Assembly: GCA_050575255.1 (NCBI GenBank)
Contig: JBNZDD010013610.1
Location: 2,154,366 to 2,218,365 of the forward strand
Length of the DNA: 64,000 nucleotides
Origin: Harriotta raleighana
Taxonomy: Eukaryota
Direction of reading: 5' to 3'
Numbering within the stretch: the first letter of the stretch is position 1; each line of letters starts with the position of its first letter. Below the pieces are notes generated by a model that was not told where the DNA came from, did no database searches, and saw nothing but the letters and a program-made list of their open reading frames with translations. Below are positions 39,110-52,184 of this stretch, piece after piece. The translations under genes were made by a program, and so were the position numbers.

Positions 39110-41461
39110 TTATAAATTAAGACGATCGGGAGGTTTCACTACACGTCCAGAACGTGTTGTCATCACAGCTGGTGGTTGGACACTCGGTGTTTGTGACAAT
39201 GATGGAGACAGTGAAGACTTCTGAGGTGAAATTGTGGTCTGTTCTGTTACATCAGAAGGTGTAGTTAGTGGAGGTTCCAGTAATGGTATTTTAGGTGGTG
39301 TGTAAACCAGGGCTGATCGGTTTCGTCGAACTGTGCCGGGACTGGTTTGTATGATGTAGGAACGTGGGTTGGAAGCTTGGTTGAGGAGCGTTCTTGGCGG
39401 TCCTGGTCTCGGATCCAAACAGTGTCGCCGGGATGAAGCTCTGGCAAATCTCTAGCGCGGTGACGAAGGTTGAAGTTTTGTTGCTGGTTTGTGCGATACA
39501 CCTCTTCCTTCTGTCGGATCTTCTGGTCGGATTGAAACTTTGGATGAAGTTTTGATGGAAGAATAGGCAGTGTTGTTCTAAGTTTCCTGCCCATCAGCAG
39601 CTCGCTTGGTGACAGGCCATTCTGGAGAGGAGACGCTCTATACGTCAGAAGTGCAAGATAGGGATCTTCATTCTTTTTGAGTAGCCCTTTCATGGTACGA
39701 ACTGCTCTCTCAGCTTCGCCGTTTGCCTGTGGGTACCTTGGCGAACTGGTGGTGTGTACGAATCCGTACTTCTCAGCAAACTGGAGGAATGAGGCTGAAC
39801 TAAACGCTGGCCCATTGTCAGAAACCACCAAGTCTGGGATCCCGTGGATGGCAAAGATTTCTTTCAGTGCTCTGATAATGGTTGCTGAGGTTTGGCCAGA
39901 TGAGAGAGATTTTATTTCTATCCAGCGGGAGTAGTAGTCAACGACAATGAGAAAAATCTTCCCTTGATATTCAAATGAATCCATCCCCAGTCTTTCCCAC
40001 GGACGTGATGGGAATGATGCTGGCAGCAGAGACTCACGTTGTGTTGGTCGGTGTTTGGCACAAGTCGAACATTTAGAAATCATCTCTTCTATAGTCTTGG
40101 AGAGACCTGGCCACCAAACAGATGTACGTGCTCTAGCTCGGCATTTGGTAATTCCCAGATGGCCTTGATGGATGCAATCAAGCATTTCCAATCTCATGCT
40201 TCTGGGAATGACTATGCGGTCATCATAAAGAAGAAGATTGTCGAGGACAGAGAGATGACCTTTACTCTCCCAGTACTGGCGAAGTAGTGGTGTGTGTGGC
40301 ATGTAAGCGGGCCAACCACTTAAGCAATACTCTTTGATCTGTGCACACTCTTCGTCTGCTTTTTGAGCTGCAGCGATGTCAAGTAGGCGTTGTCTACTCG
40401 CTGGTAGAGTATTCATCGTGTGATTTACGTAAGTTTCAATTTCTGCAATCAGCACAGTGTCGGGATTCATCGGGTGTGCCGACAGGAGCATCGGGCGTGT
40501 TCTGGTGTTTGCCTGGAACGTACTGGACTGTTGGACTGAATCTCATCAGACGAAAGCGGAATCGCAGTATGCGTGGAGGCATCTTATCAAGTTCCTTTGT
40601 CCGCAGAAGGGACACAAGTGGTTTGTGATCAGTCTCAAGGATGAAGTGTAGTCCTAGTACATAGTCAGAGAATTTCTCGCAAGCCCAGGTTGCAGCAAGT
40701 GCTTCTTTTTCGATAACTGCATATCGCTTCTCTGTGTCACTGAGAGAACGTGATGCATAGTAGATTGGATGGCGTTTTCCATCGTCTTGGATCTGAAGGA
40801 GAACGGCACCAATGCCAGATGCTGAAGCGTCCATGGCAACGAAGGTTGGACGTTTCGGGTCAGAGTGAGCGAGAACTGGAGATGAGAGTAGCAAATTTTT
40901 CATGTTTTGAAATGAACTCTTGTGCGTTACCCCAATACCAAACTGTCTGTTTCTGTAGCAGCTGGCGTAGTGGCTCATTGATCTCTGCCAACCTAGGGAC
41001 GAACTTCCCAAGTTGATTGACCATTCCCATGAATCTCTGGAGCTCAGTGATGTTGGATGGGACTGGATACTCCGGAATGGCTGCAGAACTTGATGGAGCC
41101 TTTGTAGAATACACATTTGTCATTGAGTGTGAGGCCAGCTTCGAGTATTCGCTGCAAGACTGCTCTCACACGTCGGTTGTGTTCAACTTGTGTGGCACCG
41201 TGAATGAGAATGTCATCCATATGGCAAATGACACCATCTAAGCCAACTAGGATACCAGACATGGTTCGTTGGAAAATCTCTGGTGCAGATCTAATGCCGA
41301 ATGGTAGCCGGTTGAAGCAGTAACGACCTGAAGTTGTGATGAATGCGGTCAGAAGTTTTGAATCCTTATCAAGTGGTATCTGCCAAAATCCACTCTTTGC
41401 GTCTAGCTTGGAGAAGATTCTACTTTTCCCCAATTTAGCCAAGCTCTCGTCAACTGAAGAC
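39110..41461 (-). pseudogene. Gypsy pol: RT, RNase H, integrase with several frameshifts
   Basis: FSKLDAKSGFWQIPL, RLPFGI, CHMDDILI (RT); MDASASGIGAVLLQ (RNaseH); integrase as above; split over ORFs 41044, 40436, 39265 and 39110. Confidence 0.93.
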
Positions 41462-41860
41462 NNNNNNNNNNNNNNNNNNNNNNNNNNNNNNNNNNNNNNN
41501 NNNNNNNNNNNNNNNNNNNNNNNNNNNNNNNNNNNNNNNNNNNNNNNNNNNNNNNNNNNNNNNNNNNNNNNNNNNNNNNNNNNNNNNNNNNNNNNNNNNN
41601 NNNNNNNNNNNNNNNNNNNNNNNNNNNNNNNNNNNNNNNNNNNNNNNNNNNNNNNNNNNNNNNNNNNNNNNNNNNNNNNNNNNNNNNNNNNNNNNNNNNN
41701 NNNNNNNNNNNNNNNNNNNNNNNNNNNNNNNNNNNNNNNNNNNNNNNNNNNNNNNNNNNNNNNNNNNNNNNNNNNNNNNNNNNNNNNNNNNNNNNNNNNN
41801 NNNNNNNNNNNNNNNNNNNNNNNNNNNNNNNNNNNNNNNNNNNNNNNNNNNNNNNNNNNN
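41462..41860. other. Assembly gap hiding the gag end, protease and RT start
   Basis: Run of N. Confidence 0.99.
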
Positions 41861-42471
41861 TTGTTGGATGGAGTTTTGTGTTTAGTGACATGATCGATGC
41901 TAGTGGATCTGATGTCACCACGGACGAAGTCTCGGCTGTCATATCTTGCCTCTGACTGACGGCATATAAGGACCGCTTTGTCAAGCGTGAGGTCTGCTTT
42001 GGCCTGCAGAGAGTCTGACAATTTTTCATCCAGCACTCCAACAACAATTCTGTCTCTGATCAAGCTGTCCTTGAGCTCGCCGTATTGACAGTTATCCGCT
42101 AGTCTAAACAAATCTTGTATGAAAACATCAATGGATTCGCCTGGTACTTGTTTTCGCCTGTTAAACCGAGCCCTCTCCACAATCACATTACGTCTGCCTT
42201 CATAATGTTCAGTTAGTGCTTCTATAACTTCATCATATGTTGCAGTTTTCTCATCTATTCTGAGAGTGATTATAATATTATCGGCGCAATCTCCCATGGA
42301 AAATAGGAGTGTGCTCACCTGCTGTCTGTCTTCTTTTTCATTGAGACCTGAGGCGATGCGATAACGTTCAAAATGATTGATCCATCTAAGCCACAATTCA
42401 CATTGGTCTGGTCCATTTCTACCCTCAAACTTGCCTGGCAAATTAATCTGGGTCGACAGATGTGTAGCCAT
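41861..42471 (-). pseudogene. Gypsy gag
   Basis: WINHFERYRIASGL..QVSTLLFSMG..NVIVERARFNRRKQ..GESIDVFI..LIRDRIVVG, typical Gypsy gag; ATG about 20 nt after the PBS; 3' end lost in the N gap. Confidence 0.88.
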
Positions 42472-42491
42472 GTTGTGGGTTTAACTTTCGG

Positions 42492-42504
42492 ACCACTGCC
42501 ACCA
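42492..42504 (-). promoter_or_regulatory. Primer binding site, probably tRNA-Leu
   Basis: TGGTGGCAGTGGT directly after the LTR end (...TAACA); complementary to ...ACCACTGCCACCA-3', as recalled for vertebrate tRNA-Leu. Confidence 0.7.
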
Positions 42505-42985
42505 TGTTATATTCGAGATATAAAAGAGAGAACGTGATCACCCTCTTTTCCCTCTCGTGTGAGTATGGGTCCTCTCCTGACTGGCTTGCTGCAATATCAT
42601 CACTTATCAATAACTCTGGGTACGTTACCATCCTCGTCATTTCCATTTTCCACCTGAATTCACCAGCTATCGTTGGCAGAATCATTTATTGCTCCCGGTC
42701 AGTGATACCTTCCCCCACCTCTCCCCACCCCTCGTTAAAGGTCATTAGTACTTACTCCCTAATCAACAAAATCTCCAAACCAAAAAATGAAACAAATGAG
42801 AATAAAACCCCCAAAAGCATGTTATATTCGAGATGTAAAAGAGAGAACGTGGAGAGCTCGACTTTCGTGTAAGACGGCTTTTATTAAAACTGAACGCCAA
42901 TTCATGCAATTCCATGTGCTACCACAGTGATCACGAGAGGTGATACATCGACATATAAGGGCATAGTGATTAGCATAATCCTACA
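42505..42985 (-). repeat. Composite 5' LTR: 166-bp core (42820-42985), about 285-bp extra segment, about 31-bp repeat of the LTR end
   Basis: 42535-42819 matches 36752-37034; 42505-42536 repeats TGTTATATTCGAGAT.TAAAAGAGAGAACGTG. Confidence 0.85.
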
Positions 42986-43731
42986 AAAGGAATCATTATT
43001 ATCAGGCAATATATTTTTGGAAGCTACTAACGATGGCAAAAGAGATCATCTTTAACTGAACATGGGAGACGTTGATAGCAATTATCCTTGCTATAAATCA
43101 GCTGTATTATGGAAAGCAAGGCCACTTACGATTTCAATTGGAACATTTGCAACAGAGCAGCGGGCTAGAATTCATGCTCAAAGGCAAGAGATACCAATGT
43201 GGAAGGCAGGAGACTAAACAGAGCCACAGTCGATCGGTATTAATTGTTGTCCCACCACATTGCTAGCGGTATCATGATGTGCACCAGCCAGGATGAAATA
43301 GGCTCTAGCATGACTTCAGAGAGTAATGGGTCATACCTTGAGCTGAGACAAGGCCAGGCTTTTATCCTTGTTGGGCTGACAAAATGTTATACAATCTTTT
43401 GAAAGCAAAATGACATAGCTGTGGAGAGTTTAATGAGAAGAATAGTGTTTTCCGAATGAATGAATGCCCACACAATGAGAGAAAGGCCCTCTGGCTATTG
43501 GTAATTTTATGGTGAAATTAATAAATGTAATAGGGAAGTGTGGTAGCCTTATCAGCCTATTAGAGACAGAGAGGTTCCTTATAAGCATATAAATGAAATA
43601 TGCTAAATTTCATATTCCTATTAGTGTTAATTCAGCCCAGCATGAAATCTATTCGGTTTCAATAATTGTACACAACACGCAAATATACAGTACACACACA
43701 CATAAGGGTGGGGTGGGGGGGGGGGGGGGGG

Positions 43732-43939
43732 NNNNNNNNNNNNNNNNNNNNNNNNNNNNNNNNNNNNNNNNNNNNNNNNNNNNNNNNNNNNNNNNNNNNN
43801 NNNNNNNNNNNNNNNNNNNNNNNNNNNNNNNNNNNNNNNNNNNNNNNNNNNNNNNNNNNNNNNNNNNNNNNNNNNNNNNNNNNNNNNNNNNNNNNNNNNN
43901 NNNNNNNNNNNNNNNNNNNNNNNNNNNNNNNNNNNNNNN
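43732..43939. other. Assembly gap flanked by poly-G
   Basis: Run of N with G homopolymers on both sides. Confidence 0.99.
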
Positions 43940-46934
43940 GGGGGGGGGGGGGGGGGGGGGGGGGTGAGTATGCTATGCAGGCAGCAAGGTGGTCAAAAGA
44001 TGGTAGGGAAAATTATGACTATTTAACCACTGATTTTTAAGCGTCAAAGCAAGACTTAGAGGTTCATTAACTGAAGCATCAGGTCTATGTTTCCATGTGT
44101 ATTTTTGTTGACATAATAGTGTTTCAGCAAACAGTCCTGACTGTCATTGATTTGTGCACTGTGCCTCTATAGATACAACAGTTTATTGATGTATAGATTT
44201 TCTTAACACACACAGTGGTTGATCTATCACTGTAAACAAAGACTAGAGTTTGCCAGGAAGGCTACATCTAATGGGTGTTTTACTACTTGTCCAAAATATT
44301 TATAGCTTTGATCTGGTTAAATGTTGAAATATTGAAATGCTTTGTTTCTGTGGAAGACAAGATTGGCTTTAATCACATTTAACTCTTAATATTTGTGCTT
44401 ACAACTAAAATCAGGGCAGCAAATATCATCAAATGTTAACATACAAAAATCCCAAACTACAATCTATCTGATAAAGAGTTTATTGGGTTAGTCCCCTTCA
44501 TCAGTTAATATAGGAAAAGATAATTAGGTGCGTGTTAATACAGATATTTCGATCAATCAATCTCAATTGCCACAAACCAGATTAGCACTGACAGTCTTTT
44601 CACAACTTTAATAAAAGCGAAACAATAATGAAATTCTTTTTGTTTAGCTGTTTAATTAAGAAAACTCATCTAATATCAACTTTTAGAAAGCTGGTCTGCA
44701 CACATGGCAGATGTTTAGATCTATACACAATTAGTAATGCCACAAGATTTACTTTTAAAGTTACTGATATAAAAACACTTTGACCCAAACTAATTTTTAA
44801 AAAGTTTTATTTTCTTGTTTTTTTTAAATTGTGCAGTTTACAAACTAATCTTGTCAAGTAGATTTCCGCAGGACTCTCAACTAATAATTTAAATCAGAAT
44901 AATTAGGCATATCATAGCTAATGTGGCTATATCAGCTGGGACTTTTAATCACTTCAGGGATCAGTCAAATATCAGGGGAAGCCAAATTCACTTTGTGGAT
45001 GTTTGTGGGACATTGCAGAGCGCAGATTGCTTATCCAGCTAAGACCACTCTACTTGTTCGGGTTTTGGCTTGCGGGCTTCAATAGGAACTGAGTGCAAAG
45101 ACTCCCTCCCCGCCCACAGTGACTGGTCTGCCCTTCTGTGTCCTGCTGATGAGCCAGTTGCCTTGCTGTGGTATCATCAATAATGCGCTGGAATACTTGC
45201 TCAGGAACTGGACTACCAAGCATCCCTTGAGCAACGATCAAGCAGTGAATGCTAAGACTGGCCATCTTCAATAGTCATTACACACCTTTACAATAAAATC
45301 CTACAAATTACTTAGATATTTGACTCGATAAGGTGCCATGCATGTCAAATGTAAGGATTATTATTGTTATTTATCTTTTCATTAAGTGTGTACAAATGGG
45401 AATTGAAACGCAAGAAATGGTTAATTTCATGAAAAGAAATAAGTACCTGAAGATTAGCAAGCGAGTGATAGACCCCAAAACTAGCAAGTAAATGTAATTT
45501 GTTGACGTTAGACAATATTCAAGTGAAAGAAATGGAAACTGCAACTATGACATTTTACATTCGTATGCAAATAGCTGAGTGACATTCATGCTTAGGAAAT
45601 AATATAAGTAGTTCAGGACATATGTGTGTAGCATTGTTTAAGAAACAAAGTCCTTGCTGGGAATTACATTGCAAAACTAAGTTTAGCTGAGACAAGTTCT
45701 GTGCAGTTAAAGCTTTTGCAGTGTAGGTTTTAAGATTTTGAAAACTCTTAATGTGTGTGTATCTGCTCTTTCCATGAGGCACGGGTGACAAATGGCAATA
45801 AGATTAAGAGTTAAAATGAATCCTTACGTGGATAACCCTGGACATGTGTGTGTGTTTTTAAATAGGTGAGCTGCAAACCTCTAGGCTTGGTGTCACATCA
45901 CTTCATTAAGAAAAATCAAAGAAGTATTTGGTCTAGTGTTGGAATGAGTACAAAACAAAATTAATATCAAGTGCATTACAGATGGGAAGAAAGAAATGAT
46001 ACAAAGCTTTTTAACACCCTCAGCACAAAAACAGACGATTCCCACCCCCACCCCCACCCCCCAACCCACACACACAATGATTGAAACTCCACCCTGGAGA
46101 AAGGGGATCATCTATCATGATTATAGAAAATGTCAAATCACCTTTCGAGCTGATTGAGTGCTAATTAAATATTCAATTTCTCTATCTGTACAGTTTAATT
46201 ATTGGTAACACAGGCCAGGGCAACAAATGTAATTAAACAGTAGTAACATCAACTGGTGTCTGTGATTCCAAACAAGCAAATGGGATAATTTTCCCACCAG
46301 TAATAAGCGGAAAGAGTGCAATTCAAGTCACTATACAATCTCTAGCACTGTAGCTGTCGTTGATACGTGAATAAACTAGCAGGCACAAAATTCTATCAAT
46401 TATCAAAGCTATTTACTTGCATGTGGACATCACAATATTAAGCACCGTATTTCAATACCCATCTTATCTAAATACCTCGAATAGATATGATTTTGTTGAT
46501 CTCTGTAATTATCTTTAGTGTGTAAAAATGTTTAAATTCTCTAAACTGTGATAAAACTCCCTCCCAGTAAACAGTAAAATTCCCAGCACTTGCTGCTAAG
46601 GCTCACATGTAAATAATGACCACTTTGCAAAGGAACAGGAGCCCTTGGAATTGTAAATCCAGGAAAGGGGGTGGAGGGGGGAATGGGTTTATGGCTACCT
46701 ATAGGAGCCAAAACATTTTTTTTAATAAAAAAAAGATGGGACTCACAGAACAATCTGGACACGGAACAATATGCGTTTGTATTGTGATGGTTTAGGTGAG
46801 ATCATCCATTATTTAACTCGTTGCTCACTATCTCAAGAAATGTGAGACAGCAATAAACAGCTATATTGCTATATCAGTTAAGTTTAATCCCCAGACACAA
46901 TTCTCAGGCTGTTTGCTGCTCTGGTCAGGCAGCC

Positions 46935-47270
46935 GGCCCCTTGAATACTGTATACAGTTCTGGTCGCTGCAACATATGTGTTACCCAGGCCCTAGAAATA
47001 GGTGCATAGAAACATAGGATTAGGCCATTCAGGCCCCTCAAGCCTGTTCTGTCATTCTATTAGATCAAGCTCTCTGAGACGCCTTTGGCTTGAAGGGCGC
47101 TATATAAATCCAAGTTGTTGTTGTTGGCTAATCTTTACCTCAACTCCATAAAGAGCAACAGGAATGATTCCCAGTGTTAGAGGAATGAGCTAGGTGATAT
47201 AAAGCTATGACTGCCTTCGTTTAGGAAAGGGATTATTGTTGTATAGATTATGAAATAGGGCAAACTGTGA
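46935..47270 (+). mobile_element. CR1 ORF2 fragment with nested insertions
   Basis: LEYCIQFWS..ALE resumes as RATGMIPSVRGMS after about 140 bp made of a reversed CR1 tail and a forward GGCGCTATATAAATCCAA(GTT)n tail. Confidence 0.6.
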
Positions 47271-49519
47271 CGAGTTAATGACAAACGGGCAATTCTAATG
47301 CTTTTTTGTGTCTGCATATGCACTTGAATCTGCAACCTATTCCAATGCAAGCTTCCAAATGACTTGAAAAGCTACATAACCTTGAACCAGATTCCAACTA
47401 CTTGTAGAGAATATTGAAACGTCTTTCTACTGTGCAACTATTTCATCCAAAGGCTACGTAATTTAATAATAATATTATTACTTGATAACCAAGGTAGCTC
47501 TAAATAAATGAATGATAAAAGTTAGAAGGGGTTATTCCTGTTTTGGCTACATACACTTGCGAGCAGTTTTCGAAGATGATTTCAAGTCGACAATACTGTT
47601 TGCTACAACAAACGGAGAACAAGGGCTCAACGATGACACAATCCTGTGATTGCATTGGGTTGTTCCATCAATGTGGAAAGATGAAAGAAGAATTGGATAA
47701 TTTCAAACTCTAGCAGTAACACTGTCACCTAAATTATACAAACTGAGCGTGCGTTTAGGAAATCAACCAACTCGCAAGCAAAAGATGGAATTTGGGGGTG
47801 GGGAGGGGGGTTTGGAAATTGTGATTACAAGTGTCTGGTTCGCTGGCATAATTAGCACACATAAAAGGGCAGCCAATGTGGGAGCCAAGCAGGGCGGCTG
47901 TTCTGGAGATCAGAAGTGTCCCTTCAACCAGATCAATCGTGTGATTGGAGAAGGAAGGCTTGTCCCCCCCCATCTCCCACCCCACATAGAAATTTTATTC
48001 CTAAATCAACATTCTGTAATGAATTGTGCATGCATGGATCCTCAGCCGAGTACACAAATTCACTTGATACACTGCAGGCTGATTGAATTTACAATATATT
48101 GCTTATAGCTTCTTGATTAATAATGGAAGTATACATAGAATTTGCTCTATAAAGAGCCACTTACTCCAATGTGATTCACTGGCGGATCCCAAAGGGAGTG
48201 TTATGGGCATATATCGCTGCTGTTACTAGTTCAGCAAAAAAAATTGTGGTTGCTTCTCTCCATCTGGACATTAGTGAGCATTCTACAACTTCTCCCATGG
48301 GCGAGTGTTAGGGTATTAAACAGACACGTGAATCTTCCTGTGATTTCTATTCTAACAAAACAAAATCATTAAGTAACAAAATAACAATCCCCTATCTCAA
48401 ACGTTAGTAGATGTTTTTAATGAGGCTCTTCTGATGTAACCTTTGTTTCCTCTACCATCAAAATAATACTCACATAACAATCACATTATTACAATAATAT
48501 AACTTTTTTTCCCGTCTATCCTTAAATATCTTGACTGTGTTGCCTTTTTGATAATATCTGGACTTTCATGGCTGTTTTTAGATTAAGATGAAGTTTGGAG
48601 ACTGTGATGTAATAATATTTACACTATCTTATCTAAAATGATGCTTTGGAAACATCTAACTTTGATGTCCAGTGACTCTTACGTAGGCAAATATGACGAC
48701 GAGCAAGGTCTCACAAACATCAATAATAAATCACCGATTAATTGGGTATTTTGGGGTGAATTTAGATAAGAAATAATGGGTTAGCAGAACCAGACAACTC
48801 TACTTCAAAATAATCCCAAGGGGGGCTTTAATGTCACCAGAATAGATAGAACCCGAGTTTAAAGGTATCATTTGAAGGCCGGTGCCTCCATCAATGCTTA
48901 CATTCATTGCCAAATGAAAAGGAGAATGTTGGAGGCAGGGCATGGTGCTTGAAAGAATGTTTTTTTAATTAAAAGTAACTTAAAACAATAAGTCTCGTGA
49001 AGATACAATAGATCAGGGAATGGGAGCTTGGTTGATTCTCTAATGGGTGGCTGCTACGTATTTTTATTTTGTTACAAAATTAGTTATTAATTTGTTGTTC
49101 TTCATAAATGAGGTTGGATATTGTTGGGAACTCGAGCTGGCTCTGCACACAAGACTAAGTCAATGAATAAATAGTCGTGAAAAAAAACACAATTGAACCA
49201 TGACCTAGATCAATGAATTACATTCATTATGTAAAGAAATGTGTTTGAGTTATAAATATGTTAATTAATAGAAGAATCAAGAGAGATGAATGAAGACATA
49301 AATTGGAACTGATATTGTATTTCTCAAAAGCATTAAAGTAAAGCCTAAAGTAAATATGGGTCAGTTAATGAAAAGATGTAAAGAACGACTAAAACAATAA
49401 CATCATCTAATTCTGTAAACAAAAAAGAGGATTTAATTTATTTTCTAAAGTTGCTAAAATTCCAGATGGTAACATCTCGTATTCTTTAGTCCGATGAGGA
49501 TTGTTATTCGTCAGTACCC

Positions 49520-49739
49520 AGTTTCCTTACTCCACACGCCTAATAATAATCCGTCAAAAAACACGATAATAAAACTGGTCATTTCAATCCACGTCTGTTT
49601 GCGGAAAACTGCATTGTGCAATTGGCTGCCGCTTTTTGCCCACAAATGTAGTCAATTCACTTCACAGTATATTCTATGAAGTGCTTCTGTCGAGAAGATG
49701 TGAAAAACGCTATATCAAATGCAAGGATTATTATTATTA
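49520..49739 (+). mobile_element. tRNA-SINE family copy lacking head
   Basis: GTTTCCTTACTCCACACGCCTAATAATAATCC...AAATGCAAGG(ATT)n. Confidence 0.85.
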
Positions 49740-51709
49740 CAATGGAAGATACAAAAAAATTCAGATTATAAATATAGATCTGCAATGCCACAAAATATTC
49801 TTAAACCATGAAAAATGCTGGGTACAATGAAAGCACTGAACCACATACTTCAAGCATGCAAGAATCTCTTATAACTGGAGCGATACTTGTAGGGATTGAG
49901 CTTCAGAAGCAAAGAAAAAGCAGAAAGCATTCCTATCAACTAGTCCTACAAAGTGGACTCAGCTAGTGAGAAATGATAGTCTACTGCCTTATGGATGGCT
50001 CTAAAAGTAATATATTCCATGAAGACTTGCTGGAGTGTATCCAGGGTTTACAACTCTAAAGCTGCATAATTCTCTAATAACACCAAATGGAAGAGATTAT
50101 ATGCAACATACAATATTATGCGCTGCTCCGAGGGAAAGTGACTGAGTCACTTACATGTGGCTCACAAGCATCGGTAATTAAAGGTTTTTCTCAGAAATAT
50201 AAAATCTATCTTTGCTTCAAAACAGCATAGAAATATTGGCAGTCTGACCACAGTTGTGCTATCGAGGAATTCATCAAGTTGCATGTTACTGCACACAATA
50301 CAATTGCGCAAGAAGACCTATACTGTTACACAAGATGTAACGGGATAAAAATGTCAGAATCCCATGTAAAGCTTTGTGTACCAATTGACAACAAAGATGG
50401 ACAAAGGTTGTTTGTGAGGATTGTCACACAAGCTCAAGTACTGTATTATGATCATTTATATATTATGTGTGTATATAAAAAATACATATTTTGAAAATCT
50501 TAAAATCTTAATCTTGAATCAATGAACCATCAAAACAAACTATGAGAATGAAATCAATTCTTATCAGAAAGAACATTAATTTTTAAATAAAAACTAAGCA
50601 AAATTAGTGGAGTGATGGTTAAGAAAAAAAACGTTTTGTGTGCAGTATACGTATACACACACAGAGTAAACAAAACACAACAGAAATTTACGTGATAGAA
50701 TCTTCTATCTAAATATAGCTTACGGACAAACTTTTACTAAGAGTGAATAAACTTGCAGGGGGAAAGAATAGTGCAATTTCATTTATTCTACTAAGTGATT
50801 GTAGATTTAACTAACACAAATCTGATTTTGCTATATGGCAGACAAACCTTAAGTCTTTACAATGCCTTAACTTCCACATTAGATATCAGTCACCACATGG
50901 GTTTGGATACTTTCCCCAAGGGGGAAAAAAATACATCCCACCAACGATTTATAGACTCCATAAATACATCACTGCAAGTGACGTCATTGGCAATCAGGTT
51001 CCGATCAACATTTGTGCCCTGTTAAGTCAGACATCAGAAAACTGCCTCCATTCTCCAAAGTCAAACTCACGAAGATTTTAGATCTGGGTTCACAAAGGCC
51101 TCCTCCCACTGACACAGGGAGGAGAAATTCAGCAAATTGAATGAACAGCAAAGCAAGAGAAGTTTGACTAATTAAAAGCTGATATAGAAATAAGGGACAG
51201 CACATCTAATAAATGTTTGAACCTATACATATAATAAATAATATATTATAGACACAAATAATATTTATAGCTGCAACTGACATTTTTAACACTGTGAGAG
51301 GATCTCTCATTGACCAGATACTTGCACGCAGCAATTATTTTATGCTTATTTTATTAAGAAATTCAGTAGATGTAGAACATACTTATTTTTCTACCTCTCT
51401 TCTCCCTCCTTCCCCCCCTGGGAATATTTCTATTTTTCATGCTTATTCTATATTCACTGCCCAACTCAATTTATGCACCTTTGAGCTCAAGGGTTAGACA
51501 CATGGGTAATAGATATCAGTCTGCATCAACAGGAGATTGTTGCTGTACAATAAGAGAAATTAAATAAAAAAGTTAGTTCCACTGGAATTCTCTTAAGACT
51601 TCATATTCCAGTTGACAGCAACAGTTCAAAGGAGAACATTCTGGATTTTGTTTTCAGTAAATAGTAAATTCAAATATCAGTGTAAAACAAAAAATTTCAC
51701 ACAGTTTTT

Positions 51710-51719
51710 TTTATTTATT
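51710..51719 (-). terminator. Probable DHX38 polyadenylation signal
   Basis: Two overlapping AATAAA on -, about 470 nt after the stop, followed by a GT/T-rich tract (CTGTGTGAAATTTTTTGTTTT). Confidence 0.6.
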
Positions 51720-52184
51720 ATAATATACAGGAAACCAAAGCAGTTAACGCAGTATGAAATGTATAACATTTGAACAGTAAACTATTCCAGCATAAAATTA
51801 ATATCATTTTAAGTTATCCATTGTAGTCCACAGGCTACCCGTACATATTGCAAACAGATATGCAGGTTGCTGGTTCCATGGGATGAATGTGTAGACTCGA
51901 TGGCACATGTACAAATCTGATAATGATCACAGAAACACTACCAACATATGTATCAGTATGCATTCCACTGTGACGGACAACTTGATTTCTTTAATTACGA
52001 TTGTGTGACTATGATAAAATGCAAAACCCACGCACTACTTCACAACCACAACTACTGCTATGGCGAGGCACTAGAAGAATGTAGACTAGTTTTCACTTGT
52101 AATATACAAATATAAATCTCAAGCCCTGACTATTTAGACAACACTTTTGTACAAAAATAAAAACAAAATGAGGTTGAAAAGTAA

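Larger units (their letters stand above)
37035..42985 (-). mobile_element. Ty3/Gypsy LTR retrotransposon, decayed
   Basis: TG...CA LTR units at both ends, PBS, PPT, and domain order gag-(gap)-RT-RNaseH-integrase, which is diagnostic of Ty3/Gypsy. Confidence 0.95.

Noticed and set aside
37806-41241. Plus-strand ORFs within the retrotransposon
   Set aside because: Antisense shadows of pol.
41044-42471. Continuous 475-aa gag-RT ORF
   Set aside because: Continuity is created by translating through the N gap; the true gag-pol frame relationship is unknown.
43707-43964. Long poly-G as a G-quadruplex element
   Set aside because: Borders an assembly gap, so its length is unreliable.
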